A stretch of 36,932 nt of DNA, taken from positions 1-36,932 of the forward strand of contig JAZOOC010000296.1 in NCBI GenBank assembly GCA_045654825.1, read 5' to 3'. Under the pieces are notes generated by a model, which was not told the DNA's origin, ran no database searches, and was given only the letters and a program-made list of their open reading frames with translations. The translations under genes were made by a program, and so were the position numbers. Positions within the stretch are counted from its first letter, which is position 1. Each line of letters opens with the position of its first letter. Below, piece by piece: positions 26,115 to 36,600 of this stretch. Source of the DNA: Clostridia bacterium (lineage in GTDB: Bacteria > Bacillota > Clostridia > UMGS1840 > HGM11507).

Positions 26115-29100
26115 ATGAAAAAATATAATCTTATAATATCTCTTTTTCTCACAATATTTATTCTTGCTTTGTCTGTAATGGTCGCACCAATAAGCTATGC
26201 CTCATCCGAAGCCAATGAGATAGCTCTAAACCAGGAATTTAACCCTGTTGCAGACGGATGCTGGGATACATATAGTGAAAAGGGCTGGAAACATTCCACA
26301 TCAACTTTATATACAACACAGACCAATACCGGTAATCCTGCACGAAGTGCTTATCTTAAATTTTCTCTTGCTGATATAAGAGCAAATCTTGCAAAGGGTG
26401 CGATTCTTTCAAAGGCAGAAGTCAGACTCACCTTGAAAAGTATGAATAATAACTATAACTATTACAATACTAATAGTGCTGCAGAGGGACCGAGAATTTC
26501 TCTTTACGGTTATGCAGATGATAACTGGGATGAATCAGCTTCGAGTTCAGCCGACCGTCTTACTCAGGATGTAGCTCTTGCAAATATTGCTTCAAAAAAT
26601 CCTCAGGACCCTTCAAAAAACTTTGTTACTGTTCCAAATCAGTCAACAAATGTAACATTCATACTTGATGTTAAAGATTGGCTTGAAAAGGAGCTTTCAA
26701 CACAAAGCGATGAATATATGTCTTTTGAAGTTGGATACCGCCAAAGCTGGGCAAAAGACGGTACATATATAATGCACTCAAAAGAAGCAGGTAATGAAGC
26801 CTACCGTCCCGCTCTTATCCTTACATATCGCGACCCAAATGTAAAAGAGCTTGTGTCATCTGTAAATTTTATAAATTATCAGACAATGAAAGCAGAAGCG
26901 GATATAAGTATATATGATGGTGAATACCGTAACGGGAATACTCTCACAACCAGACCTGCCAAAAACAGGGCAGGCTTAAACAGAGCTTCCTATATAAAAT
27001 TTCCTATTTTAGATGTCAGAAATAATCTTGCAAACGGTGCTGAAATAAAAAGGGCTTTTGTGAGACTATATGTAAGCTCTAATAGCTATAGCACAGCAAC
27101 GAGCAAGGTATCTCTTTATTCTTATGATAACGATAACTGGTCGGAAACAGATTATTCGAGTGTTGTCATAAGGTCGAGTGGGGAGTTCCCGACTATATCA
27201 AAAGACCCAAGAAATATGGAAAACAGCCATGTCGAACTAAAAAAAGGTTTAACTGTTGGCACACCTGTTCAGTTTGATGTAACAGATGCACTGATTGCTG
27301 AAACAAAAAAACTGGGCGATAATTACCTTTCGGCCGAAATAGCCTACTGTTCAGGCTATCAGAATGCCAACACAGCTTTTTACACAATAAATTATTCAGG
27401 TGGCTACCATCCGATATTAGAGGTTGAATATGCCGATATTTCCATAACTGATAGTTGTATTTTTAAAGACCAACGTCCCCAGGCTGTACCTCAGGTAGGA
27501 GATAACACCATTGAATATACAGTCAGCAATTCATATCTTTCCGATAAAGAGGTTGTTGTAATCTGTGCAATTTATAAAAACAATGGCTTATCATCTGAAC
27601 TTGCAGAAGTATCGGTTGATAAAATTTCTGCTCCAGCATTAGAAGATACAGTCTATACAAAAAATATAAAACTTTCTGCATTGGAGAGTGGAGAAAGCTA
27701 CACAGCCAAAGTTATGCTCTGGCGAAGTGAGGAAAGTGCATATCCTTTAGAAGAAGAAACTAATCTGGAGGAAGATAGTCTTTGGATGCCATCAATCTTT
27801 GCCGATAATTCGGTTATGCAAAGGGATGTAAATCTTCCTGTATGGGGTAAAGCTTCTCCCGGTGCACAGGTTAAGGTATGCCTTGATGGTAAAGAGTATT
27901 CCACAAATGCGGACCGTTATGGTAACTGGAAAGTAAGCTGCCAGCCCATAACACTCTCCGCATCTGCCTATACACTCACCGCACAGTGCGGTGCAGAAAA
28001 ACTTGAATTTAAAGGTATCTTAGCAGGTGATGTGTGGCTTTGTGCAGGTCAGTCAAATATGGCATGGATTTTAAGAAGACTTGAAACCGAAGATGCCACA
28101 CAAGCAGCAAATGCAGCCGATAGTTATAGCCAAATCCGATTTTTTGACCAAAGTAAAAAAGGAAGCGATAATCCAGCTGATGATGTTACAAATGGAAGAT
28201 GGAGTATCTGCACTACAAATACAGCTAAAGAGTTTTCAGCAGTTGGCTATCTCTTTGGCAGAGAGCTTTATGATGAGCTTGAAATCCCCATTGGTCTTAT
28301 AAACTGTTCCTACGGCGGAGCGCCTATGGAAGCATTTATAGATGTTGAAGCCTTAGATAGCTCTGATTTGTGGTTCCGTCAGCTTCTCGGTGGCTCCGAT
28401 GAACCCGATAAAAACGCAAGCCATCTTTGGAATGGTATGCTATCTCCCATAATACCCTATGCAATAAAAGGTGCAATATGGTATCAGGGATGTGCAAATG
28501 TTAATCGCTATCAGGAATATACTGCTCTTTCACATATTATGATAAATAGCTGGCGTGAAAAGTGGGGCTATGAATTCCCATTTATTTACACACAAATTGC
28601 ACCATACACAGGCAATGATGCAGAGCTTCGTGAAGCACAGCGTCAGTTCCTGCACGAAAGCGAAAACACAGCAATGGCTGTAATAATGGATTTGGGTGAA
28701 AAGAATAATATTCATCCGGTAAATAAGCTTCCGGTTGCCGAGCGCCTTGCCCTTTGTGCAAAATACCTTGCCTACGGTATGGAAAATGTTCAGTACAAAT
28801 TCCCCGAACCTGTTAGCTTTTCTTTGGGGGAAGAAGGCAGCATAACCATCACCTATGATGGTGTTTATGACGGTCTTTCAGCTAAAGATGGCGAAGCTTT
28901 ATCAGGCTTTGAAATTAAGTATCTCAATTCAAGTAATAAAACAGCCTATATAGAAGCCGACAGTGTTGTTATAAATTCCGATAACACAATAACTGTGAAA
29001 AACAGCACGATTGCAAAACCAACAGGCATTCGCTATGGTTTTAAAGCATATCCTGAACCTGAATTAAATCTTTATAATTCTGCAGGACTCATTGCAACCC

Positions 29101-29123
29101 CCTTTACTCATAGTTTTGAGTAA
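26115..29123 (+). CDS. secreted SASA-type (sialate O-acetylesterase-like, SGNH-related) carbohydrate esterase carrying two copies of the recurrent module
   Basis: Signal peptide present. The C-terminal ~440 aa carry VMQRDVNLPVWGKA.., GDVWLCAGQSNM (nucleophile Ser), GAIWYQGCANV and NNIHPVNK, as in 9-O-acetylesterase family proteins. Confidence 0.8.
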   Translation: MKKYNLIISLFLTIFILALSVMVAPISYASSEANEIALNQEFNPVADGCWDTYSEKGWKHSTSTLYTTQTNTGNPARSAYLKFSLADIRANLAKGAILSKAEVRLTLKSMNNNYNYYNTNSAAEGPRISLYGYADDNWDESASSSADRLTQDVALANIASKNPQDPSKNFVTVPNQSTNVTFILDVKDWLEKELSTQSDEYMSFEVGYRQSWAKDGTYIMHSKEAGNEAYRPALILTYRDPNVKELVSSVNFINYQTMKAEADISIYDGEYRNGNTLTTRPAKNRAGLNRASYIKFPILDVRNNLANGAEIKRAFVRLYVSSNSYSTATSKVSLYSYDNDNWSETDYSSVVIRSSGEFPTISKDPRNMENSHVELKKGLTVGTPVQFDVTDALIAETKKLGDNYLSAEIAYCSGYQNANTAFYTINYSGGYHPILEVEYADISITDSCIFKDQRPQAVPQVGDNTIEYTVSNSYLSDKEVVVICAIYKNNGLSSELAEVSVDKISAPALEDTVYTKNIKLSALESGESYTAKVMLWRSEESAYPLEEETNLEEDSLWMPSIFADNSVMQRDVNLPVWGKASPGAQVKVCLDGKEYSTNADRYGNWKVSCQPITLSASAYTLTAQCGAEKLEFKGILAGDVWLCAGQSNMAWILRRLETEDATQAANAADSYSQIRFFDQSKKGSDNPADDVTNGRWSICTTNTAKEFSAVGYLFGRELYDELEIPIGLINCSYGGAPMEAFIDVEALDSSDLWFRQLLGGSDEPDKNASHLWNGMLSPIIPYAIKGAIWYQGCANVNRYQEYTALSHIMINSWREKWGYEFPFIYTQIAPYTGNDAELREAQRQFLHESENTAMAVIMDLGEKNNIHPVNKLPVAERLALCAKYLAYGMENVQYKFPEPVSFSLGEEGSITITYDGVYDGLSAKDGEALSGFEIKYLNSSNKTAYIEADSVVINSDNTITVKNSTIAKPTGIRYGFKAYPEPELNLYNSAGLIATPFTHSFE
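26229..26834 (+). repeat. recurrent module, copy B1
   Basis: NPVADGCWDTY ... RSAYLKFSLADIRANLAKGAILSKAEVRLTL ... NTNSAAEGPRISLYGYADDNWDE ... LDVKDWL ... MSFEVGY ... YRPALILTY. Confidence 0.7.
26856..27437 (+). repeat. recurrent module, copy B2
   Basis: ADISIYDGEY ... RASYIKFPILDVRNNLANGAEIKRAFVRLYV ... KVSLYSYDNDNWSE ... FDVTDAL ... LSAEIAY ... YHPILEVEY. Confidence 0.65.
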
Positions 29124-29146
29124 TTTCTAAAGAAAGGAGTGCTGAT

Positions 29147-32100
29147 ATGCTAAAAAGACTTATTTCATCAATAGTTCTTGTATGTATGCTTTTGTCTTTA
29201 TTGCCAACTGTCAGCCTTGCCGAGTCAAAAGTTATCATAAATGAAAATTTCGATACCTATTCCGGCAGCGGAATTCCGCGTTCATCAGGCTTTAGCGGCT
29301 CTCAGAAAGACGGAAGCATTGAAGCCTCTCCGTCTCTTGGTGAGTGGGGGAACTGTATGCGAATAACCTCCACAAGCGGCGAAGCACCGTTTATAAATGT
29401 ATATCCCGGTACAATGCCAAAGGAGTTTACTCTGTCGTTTAATATAATGTTTTCCGGCGGAGACGGTGAGAGGGTATTGTATTTAAGAGATAGCTCTGAT
29501 AAGCTTTTTAATCTTTTAAATACCAACGGAAAAGATATATATTTTTTAGGTGAAAAGGCAGGCACCTTCACAAGAATAGAATACTATAGCTTCAAATTTG
29601 AATTTGATCTACAGAATAAAAAATGTGCGTTTTACTTAAATAACGAAAGACTCATAGAAGCATCTCTTCCAGATGCTATGAAAAGCTCTCTTTCAGGTAT
29701 AAAGCTTTCTCAGCTTTCAAATGGAACCCGCAGCAGCATATTTGTGGATAACCTTCTCATATACAGTGGAGATGCACCTTCGCTTGCTCCTTTTAAAGCT
29801 CCTCAGACAATGGATGCACATGTGAAAGAAATTTTAGATTCCTCTCTTGCCTATTATAACGGAACAAATGTTCTTGTTAAATATGCAAAAAGAGGGCAGA
29901 TTTCTGAAAATGCCAATGTATTATCTTCTGTAACAGATAGCGGCATAGCTCTTGTTCCCCTGCGTTCACTCATAGAAGCTTTAGACGGCAGCATAGAAGC
30001 AGATATGTCAGGAGCTAAGGCGAAGTGCCTCAACAAAGAAATTAAATTTACCTTTGACTCATCTGAATTTGTTGCAGATGGCAAACAGATAAATATGTCA
30101 TATCCTCTTTATGTGGAAAATGGTGTTTCCTATATAAGTGCTAAGGATATGGCACAAGCTTTAGGGCTTTATTACTTTTTTGAGCCGAGAGGTCTTATTC
30201 TCTTTAGTAAAAAAGATTTTTCTAAAGATTTTGCAGGTGATGAAGATTTTGTAACAGAGCTTGTAAGACAGGTTTGCTATGACAGACCTTCACCCGAGCA
30301 GATTTTAAAAGACTATGCTTCCATTGGTCTGGGCGACACTCATCCATCGCTGGTTGTTGGTCCCGGCGGCTTTGAAAAAATGAAATGGCGCATAGAGAAT
30401 TTTGAAGACTATCGCCTTGGCGTTGAGAGTATAAGAGATAACTGCGACAAAATCATAAAAAGAGCTCCAATAGTGCATAAGCGTTCCGACGGCAGACGTC
30501 TTGACAATGCGCAGAATATGTATAAAAAATACCTTACCCCCTGTATGATTATGTATAACCTCACAGGCGAAGAAAAATATGCAGAATATGTTTGGGAAAA
30601 TCTTGAAGTTTTATGCAGCGATAAATATCCCGACTGGGGGCAGGCTTCCGCCGAACACTTAAACGTTGCCGAGCTTTCGTCGGTTGTATCTTTGGCTTAT
30701 GACTGGCTCTACCACTGGCTTGGTGAAGAGCGCAGAGAAATCGTTAAAAATGCCATCATAGAAAAGGGCATTAAAATAGGCATACAATTCCACGAAGAAG
30801 AAAAATGGTGGCTCAAGAGTGTATGGAACTGGAATATGTCAATGTGCGGCGGTCTTTCGCTTGCTTCAATGGCAATGATGGGTGAGGAGCCCTTCCTTTG
30901 CTCCACACTTATGAGCAAGAATATCGAAAGTATGGAATACTGCCTGTCCTCCTTCTATCCCGACGGTTCATGGGCAGAAGGTCTTGGCTACTGGTCGTAT
31001 GTTATGCTTAACCTCACGCACTTTGCCTCCACCTGCGATATTCTTATGGGAACAGACTATGGTGTGTTTAATACTCCCGGGCTTGCCTTAACCCCCTTTA
31101 TGCCTTCTCACTATCGTGGTCCTGCCGGAAACTTTAATTTCCACGACACAGGCACAGAAAGTCACGTTGGTGAGCTTGGATATTTTTCACAGAAGCTTAA
31201 TAATCCGGGTATTATGTACCAGCTTCAGCAGAACATAAGAAACGAAGGCTTCAAATGGGCAGATGTTTTGTGGTATGCTCCCGAATTTGTTGATTCGTCA
31301 AATATCGATGTTCCCACCGATATGTACTATGCAAATGTAGATACAATGTTTATGAAGCAAAACCTCACAGGTACCTCTATCTACACAGGTATCCACGCAG
31401 GAAGCAATAGTGTTGGTCATGCTCATCTTGACAGCGGTAACTTCATAATAGATGCCAACGGTGAACGCTGGATAGTAGATCCCGGAAAAGACCACCTTTC
31501 CTACACGATAGATAAATCAAAGCACTGGGATGTATGGGCGCTCCGAACAGAAGCCCATAACTGTATTGTTATAAATCCCGACCTTTCGGGCGGTCAGATT
31601 CAGGAATCTTATTCACCAATCATTGAGCACCGGATAAAGGGCAAAGGAGCTTATGCGATAGCTGATTTAACAGATGCTTATGCAGCCAACATAAAATCCT
31701 ATAAACGAGGCTTAATGCTCACAGATAATCGCCGTGCAGTTGTTGTCCGCGATGAAATAAAATCATCTGTTGCAAATGACATTCGCTGGTCTGTAACAAC
31801 CATTGCTCCTGAAATCACAGTGAGCGAAGACGGCAGAAGTGTTCTTCTTAAAAAGAATAAAAAAGGCTTCTATATTAAGATTTTAGAGGGCGACGGAAGG
31901 TTTGAACTCAAAGATGCAAATCCGCTTTCCACATCACCCAATCCCGATGGTCAGATACCGCGAAATTCCTTTAAACAGTTGGAAATCTGGAATAGGGGAG
32001 TAAAAAATATGAACCTGTCGGTTGCATTTATTCCTCTTGTCGGCTCCGAAACCGAGCCGGCAAATATTCCCGAAGCTATTCCGCTTTCAAAATGGTCTTC

Positions 32101-32782
32101 GGCAATTCCCGACGGCGAAATCATAACCCCCGTGCTTTCGGACATCAGCCTCAACGGCGTTACAATTGATGGCTTTGATAAAGACACCAAAGACTACATT
32201 GTCCGCCTTGAAGCAGATGATGAAATCCCCGAGGTAACAGCCCTTGGCGATAATGTCAATATCGAAATCACCTATGGCGGCGATTATGTGTATGCCGCAA
32301 CAATCTCCGTAACAAGCAAGGAAGATAAAACCATGAGCAGTATCTATCAGGTTTCCTTCTATCGCGGAGCAAATGAAATTGAGCTTGATGAAGAAGATAA
32401 GCTTAAGGTTAAAGCCATAACGGTAAGTGCTGAGCCTCAGTCGGCAAATCCTGCAAAGAGCGCGATAGACGGTAATCTTTCAACCAGATGGTCTGCTGAA
32501 AATGAGCAGTGGCTCATGCTTGAACTGGAAGAAGAAAGCGATATAAGAGTTGTAAATATTGCAACCTATCTTGGCGACCAGCGTTCTCAGCTCTTTGATA
32601 TTGAAATCTCTGCCGATGGCGAAAACTGGACATCAGTGTTTAAGGGAGCGTCATCAGGCACAAGCGATGACCTTATTGCATATCCCTTCGATGTAGTTCG
32701 CGGAAAATTTGTAAGAGTAAATTGTCATGGAACAGACAGCGGCTCATGGAACTCAATAACCGAGATAGAGGTGTACAGATAA
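29147..32782 (+). CDS. multidomain secreted polysaccharide lyase of the heparinase II/III (DUF4962 plus Hepar_II_III) type
   Basis: Signal peptide, then a LamG/ConA-like region (..IFVDNLLIYSG), then a copper-amine-oxidase-N-like stalk (GIALVPLRSLIEALDG..VSYISAKDMAQALG). The alpha/alpha toroid carries WNWNMSMCGGLSLASMAM and the C-terminal sheet domain carries GHAHLDSGNFIIDANGERWIVDPG. A cadherin-like beta-sandwich follows (LSDISLNGVTIDGFDKDTKDYIV), then an F5/8 type C discoidin domain (AIDGNLSTRWSAENEQW). Confidence 0.8.
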   Translation: MLKRLISSIVLVCMLLSLLPTVSLAESKVIINENFDTYSGSGIPRSSGFSGSQKDGSIEASPSLGEWGNCMRITSTSGEAPFINVYPGTMPKEFTLSFNIMFSGGDGERVLYLRDSSDKLFNLLNTNGKDIYFLGEKAGTFTRIEYYSFKFEFDLQNKKCAFYLNNERLIEASLPDAMKSSLSGIKLSQLSNGTRSSIFVDNLLIYSGDAPSLAPFKAPQTMDAHVKEILDSSLAYYNGTNVLVKYAKRGQISENANVLSSVTDSGIALVPLRSLIEALDGSIEADMSGAKAKCLNKEIKFTFDSSEFVADGKQINMSYPLYVENGVSYISAKDMAQALGLYYFFEPRGLILFSKKDFSKDFAGDEDFVTELVRQVCYDRPSPEQILKDYASIGLGDTHPSLVVGPGGFEKMKWRIENFEDYRLGVESIRDNCDKIIKRAPIVHKRSDGRRLDNAQNMYKKYLTPCMIMYNLTGEEKYAEYVWENLEVLCSDKYPDWGQASAEHLNVAELSSVVSLAYDWLYHWLGEERREIVKNAIIEKGIKIGIQFHEEEKWWLKSVWNWNMSMCGGLSLASMAMMGEEPFLCSTLMSKNIESMEYCLSSFYPDGSWAEGLGYWSYVMLNLTHFASTCDILMGTDYGVFNTPGLALTPFMPSHYRGPAGNFNFHDTGTESHVGELGYFSQKLNNPGIMYQLQQNIRNEGFKWADVLWYAPEFVDSSNIDVPTDMYYANVDTMFMKQNLTGTSIYTGIHAGSNSVGHAHLDSGNFIIDANGERWIVDPGKDHLSYTIDKSKHWDVWALRTEAHNCIVINPDLSGGQIQESYSPIIEHRIKGKGAYAIADLTDAYAANIKSYKRGLMLTDNRRAVVVRDEIKSSVANDIRWSVTTIAPEITVSEDGRSVLLKKNKKGFYIKILEGDGRFELKDANPLSTSPNPDGQIPRNSFKQLEIWNRGVKNMNLSVAFIPLVGSETEPANIPEAIPLSKWSSAIPDGEIITPVLSDISLNGVTIDGFDKDTKDYIVRLEADDEIPEVTALGDNVNIEITYGGDYVYAATISVTSKEDKTMSSIYQVSFYRGANEIELDEEDKLKVKAITVSAEPQSANPAKSAIDGNLSTRWSAENEQWLMLELEEESDIRVVNIATYLGDQRSQLFDIEISADGENWTSVFKGASSGTSDDLIAYPFDVVRGKFVRVNCHGTDSGSWNSITEIEVYR

Positions 32783-33606
32783 TGAAAACCTTTAAATTAA
32801 ATCTTCTTGAAAAAGAAACAGAGTATGCTTTCATGCCTGAAATGAGCTGTTATGTTTTAGATGATGATGAAGAAACAGGCTTAAAAAGACCTGCAGTGGT
32901 AATATTCCCCGGCGGAGGCTATCGTATAGTATCTCCGAGAGAAGCTCAAAGGGTTGCTATAGCCTTTGCATCAGCAGGCTTCCATAGCTTTGTTGTTAAT
33001 TACTGTGTTACTCCCCATATCCATCCCTTGCCCCTTTTAAACGGGGCAAGGGCATTGGAGCTTATAAGGGAAAACGCAGACAAATGGGGTATAGATAGCT
33101 CTAAAATTGCTGTTTGCGGATTTTCAGCAGGGGGTCATCTTGCCGCTTCTCTTTGCACAATGTGGAATGATAAAGATATATTCCCACATAGTGATGAAGA
33201 GAATGCAAGGCACCGTCCTGATGCAGTTGTTCTTTGCTATCCCGTTATATCAAGCGGAGAATATGCTCATAAAAGTTCTTTTGCATATCTCACCGGAAGT
33301 GAAGAACCAAATGATATTTGGGAAAAATATTCCCTTGAAAACAGGGTGGATAAAAACACCCCGCCTGCATTTTTATGGCATACCTTTGAAGATAAGAGTG
33401 TTCCTGTTGAAAACAGTATGCTCTATGCCTTTTCACTAAGAAAACATAATATTCCCTTTGAACTTCATATCTGGCCCGATGGCGAACATGGCATGAGCCT
33501 TGTAAGTGATGAAACTTTCTGGCAAATTCCAAAGTTCAGCCGCGAATACCCTTGGGCTAAGCAGTCTGTAGAATGGCTGTATCGGGTATTTAAAATAACA
33601 AAGTAG
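32782..33606 (+). CDS. alpha/beta-hydrolase esterase (intracellular, carbohydrate/acetyl esterase-like)
   Basis: The ATG overlaps the upstream stop (TAATG at 32780-32784). PAVVIFPGGGY oxyanion region, GFSAGGHLA nucleophile elbow, C-terminal DGEHGM (His). Confidence 0.8.
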   Translation: MKTFKLNLLEKETEYAFMPEMSCYVLDDDEETGLKRPAVVIFPGGGYRIVSPREAQRVAIAFASAGFHSFVVNYCVTPHIHPLPLLNGARALELIRENADKWGIDSSKIAVCGFSAGGHLAASLCTMWNDKDIFPHSDEENARHRPDAVVLCYPVISSGEYAHKSSFAYLTGSEEPNDIWEKYSLENRVDKNTPPAFLWHTFEDKSVPVENSMLYAFSLRKHNIPFELHIWPDGEHGMSLVSDETFWQIPKFSREYPWAKQSVEWLYRVFKITK

Positions 33607-33621
33607 AAAGGAAGTGACTAA

Positions 33622-36600
33622 GTGAATAGATTTATTTCAATTGTTTTAGCATTTGTAATGCTTGTTGGCACCTTTGCTTTTTCTCCATTGTCTTTTGCGT
33701 CAGGATTTTCTTCAAGCCAAACTTTTTATCCGGTTGCGGACGGCTGTTATGATTCATATCCCACATGGAAGGCTTCGGAAAGCTCGGTTCTCAGAGTAAC
33801 AGAAAGTACAAAGGATCCTCAGTCCATAAGATCGTCATATCTGATGTTTGATATGTCTGAAATAAGAAACAATCTCTCCAAAGGTTGTGAAATATCACGT
33901 GCCTATGTAAAATTAACGCTGAAAGAAATGAATAAAAACTTTAATAATTTCAATACCAATTCAGCAGCAGAAGGACCAAGAGTAGCCCTTTATGCTTTTT
34001 CGGATGATAGCTGGGATGAACTTGGCATAAATAAACCAACTCCCCTGACCAAGGCGCAGGCAACCAATAGCTTTGTTTCGGTAAACCCCGAAAATCCGGA
34101 ATTGAATTATGCCTGTATTCCAAATAAGGCAACTAACTATCCATTTGAGCTTGACATCACAAAGCATATTAAAGAGGTTTCTGCTGATGTAGACGATAAA
34201 TATATGTCGCTTGAGATGGGCTATCGTCAGCGTTATCCGGCAAACAGCACCTATGTTATTTATTCAAAGGAAGTAGGTAATGTAAGCTACCGCCCTCAGC
34301 TTGTTGTTGAATACACATCTAAAAAACTCAAGGTAGAAGATGTAACTATTGCTGCCCAAGGTCCTCTTACTGAGGTTTCAACCATATCAGTTGCCAAAGG
34401 CAATGCAAAATGGAGCGAAAACCCATCAGTCGATAGCGGCACTCTCAAAGAAAGCATTGTTTCCGATTTAAATAATGGTGATACTTTTGTGTCTTTCAAA
34501 ATCAATATTAAATCTGTTGATGCACTCAGTAAAAATATAGCTTTCAGAGGGCACAAAGATTCCTCAAACTGCTCTTATTTAAAACTTATATTAACAGATG
34601 ATACAGAAGTTAAAATAAAGCCTTCTATGTCTGCTCAGGCAACAACAGATGAGCCTGATGAACCTTTTGCACTTAATTCAGGTTCGGTTATAACTATATA
34701 TGAAAATAAAAATGCAGGTTTTCTTAAATTTAACCTTCAAGATTACAAAGACCGCATTGATGAAATTAAAGATGCAAAGCTTGTAATAAAGCCCACATAC
34801 GCTGCAACTGCAAACTTTACTCTTTCAGCATTCAAAATATATGACGATAGCTGGACCTGTGATGACCTCACATGGAATAATATGCCAAAGAGTTCATCTC
34901 TTGAAGTGGCAGAAGACCTTTCTCATGGTGATATAAAGCTTGAAGCCATCGTTGCAAATAACCTTGGCTCAGAAAAGACGTTTACTCTTGTTTATGCTCT
35001 TTATAAGACAGATTTTTTTGGTAACAAAACATTAGAGCAGATTAAAACAGATAATATCACCTTAAGCGATGCTTCAAAAATAAAAAAAGGTGAATATTTT
35101 AACCTATCCGCTCTCTCTTCCGGAGAAAGCTACGAAGGCAAGGTTATGCTGCTTGATTCTCTCGGTAATTTAAAGCCTCTCTCTGCTCCTTATGATATAG
35201 GTTTTAAGTACGATTGCTATCTGTTTGAAGGCTTTAATTCCTACACGGGAGCGGGAGCACCGAATATAAAAGGCATAAGTGCAGACGCAGGGGACGGCTC
35301 TCTGGAATCTTCACTTTCAAAAGAAGAATGGGGCAATTGTATCCGCCTCACATCAAAAACAGGCGATGCTCCTTATGCAGAATTTGAACTTGGCGAACTT
35401 CCTTCAAAATTCACCATATCTCTTAATCTTATGCTTGCAGGTGCTCTTGGTGAGCGAAGCATTTATTTGAAAGATAGTGATGGAAATACAAATTCTCTTG
35501 TAACAACATCTGCCGATAAAATCTTAATTGGCGGCATAGAAGCAGGCACATTTAAAAATGCAAAGTTCTATGACTTAAAAATAGATATAAATCAAAAAAC
35601 GGGAACCGTCGCAGTTTTGCTTGACGATAAAAATCTTGGCAGTGCAAATCTTGACCTTTCAGATTTTGTAATCTCTCGCCTTGGAATAACTCAGGGTTCA
35701 ATCGGAAGCACATCCTCATTTTTTGCAGATAACGTCGCTGTTTATTCAGGCGAAGCTCCAAATAACAGCGTTTTCATATCCGGAGACGGAACACAGGTTG
35801 CAGTTTCTCATATTCTGGATAGCTCTCTTGCCTTCTTCAATATGTCTGATTCATTTGTGAAATTTGGAAACAGGGAAAAAATAGTCTTCCCGCCATACAT
35901 AAATGAAACAGGCGTAGCAATGCTTGAATTATCATCGCTTGCTAAGGCTCTTGGAGGAAGCTGTGTATATAACGGTAACACCGTAAGTCTTGCTGCAAAA
36001 GGTAAAACAATTACCGCATCACTGGGCTCAGATATTCTTGAGTGCAACACAAACTCTGTTCAAATGAAAGCATTGGCTGAAAAAACAAACGGAAAAATAT
36101 ATGCCGATGGTGAAGCACTTAGTAAAGCTCTCGGATTCAACTGGTTCTATGATAATCATGGCATTATACTTGTAAGTGATAAGGATTATTCCGCAAGCAT
36201 TTCTTTATATCCCAAGCTTCTTGAAGCTTTAGTTCGTAAAGTATGTTACGACAGACCTTCAAGAGATACAATCCTTGAAGATTTCATTTCTGCTGGAAAG
36301 GCAGACACACATCCGTCTTTATTGGTAGGAGAGGGCGGATTTGAAAGGATTAAAGGCTATATTAAAACAGATGAAGAATTTAGGTCGTGGTATGAAAGAA
36401 TAAAAGAAGGCACAGAATATATGCTGACTATGGCACCCATAGAATATAAGCGTAATGATGGCAGACGATTAAATAATGCACAAGAGATGTATACCAGATA
36501 TTTACCCAGATTATATATTATGTATAACTTATCCGGTGAAGAAAAATACGCCGAAGCTGCATGGAAGCATCTTGAAGTGCTTTGCAGTAACGCTTATCCC

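Noticed and set aside
28-32781. Longer N-terminal extensions offered by the ORF track (starts at 28, 2553, 9506, 9613, 12038, 13936, 17705, 17716, 20735, 23421, 32722).
   Set aside because: In each case an internal ATG lies 5-10 nt downstream of a GGAGG-like RBS and gives a sensible N-terminus (signal peptide or conserved first motif). The extension lacks an RBS or overlaps a promoter or the preceding gene.
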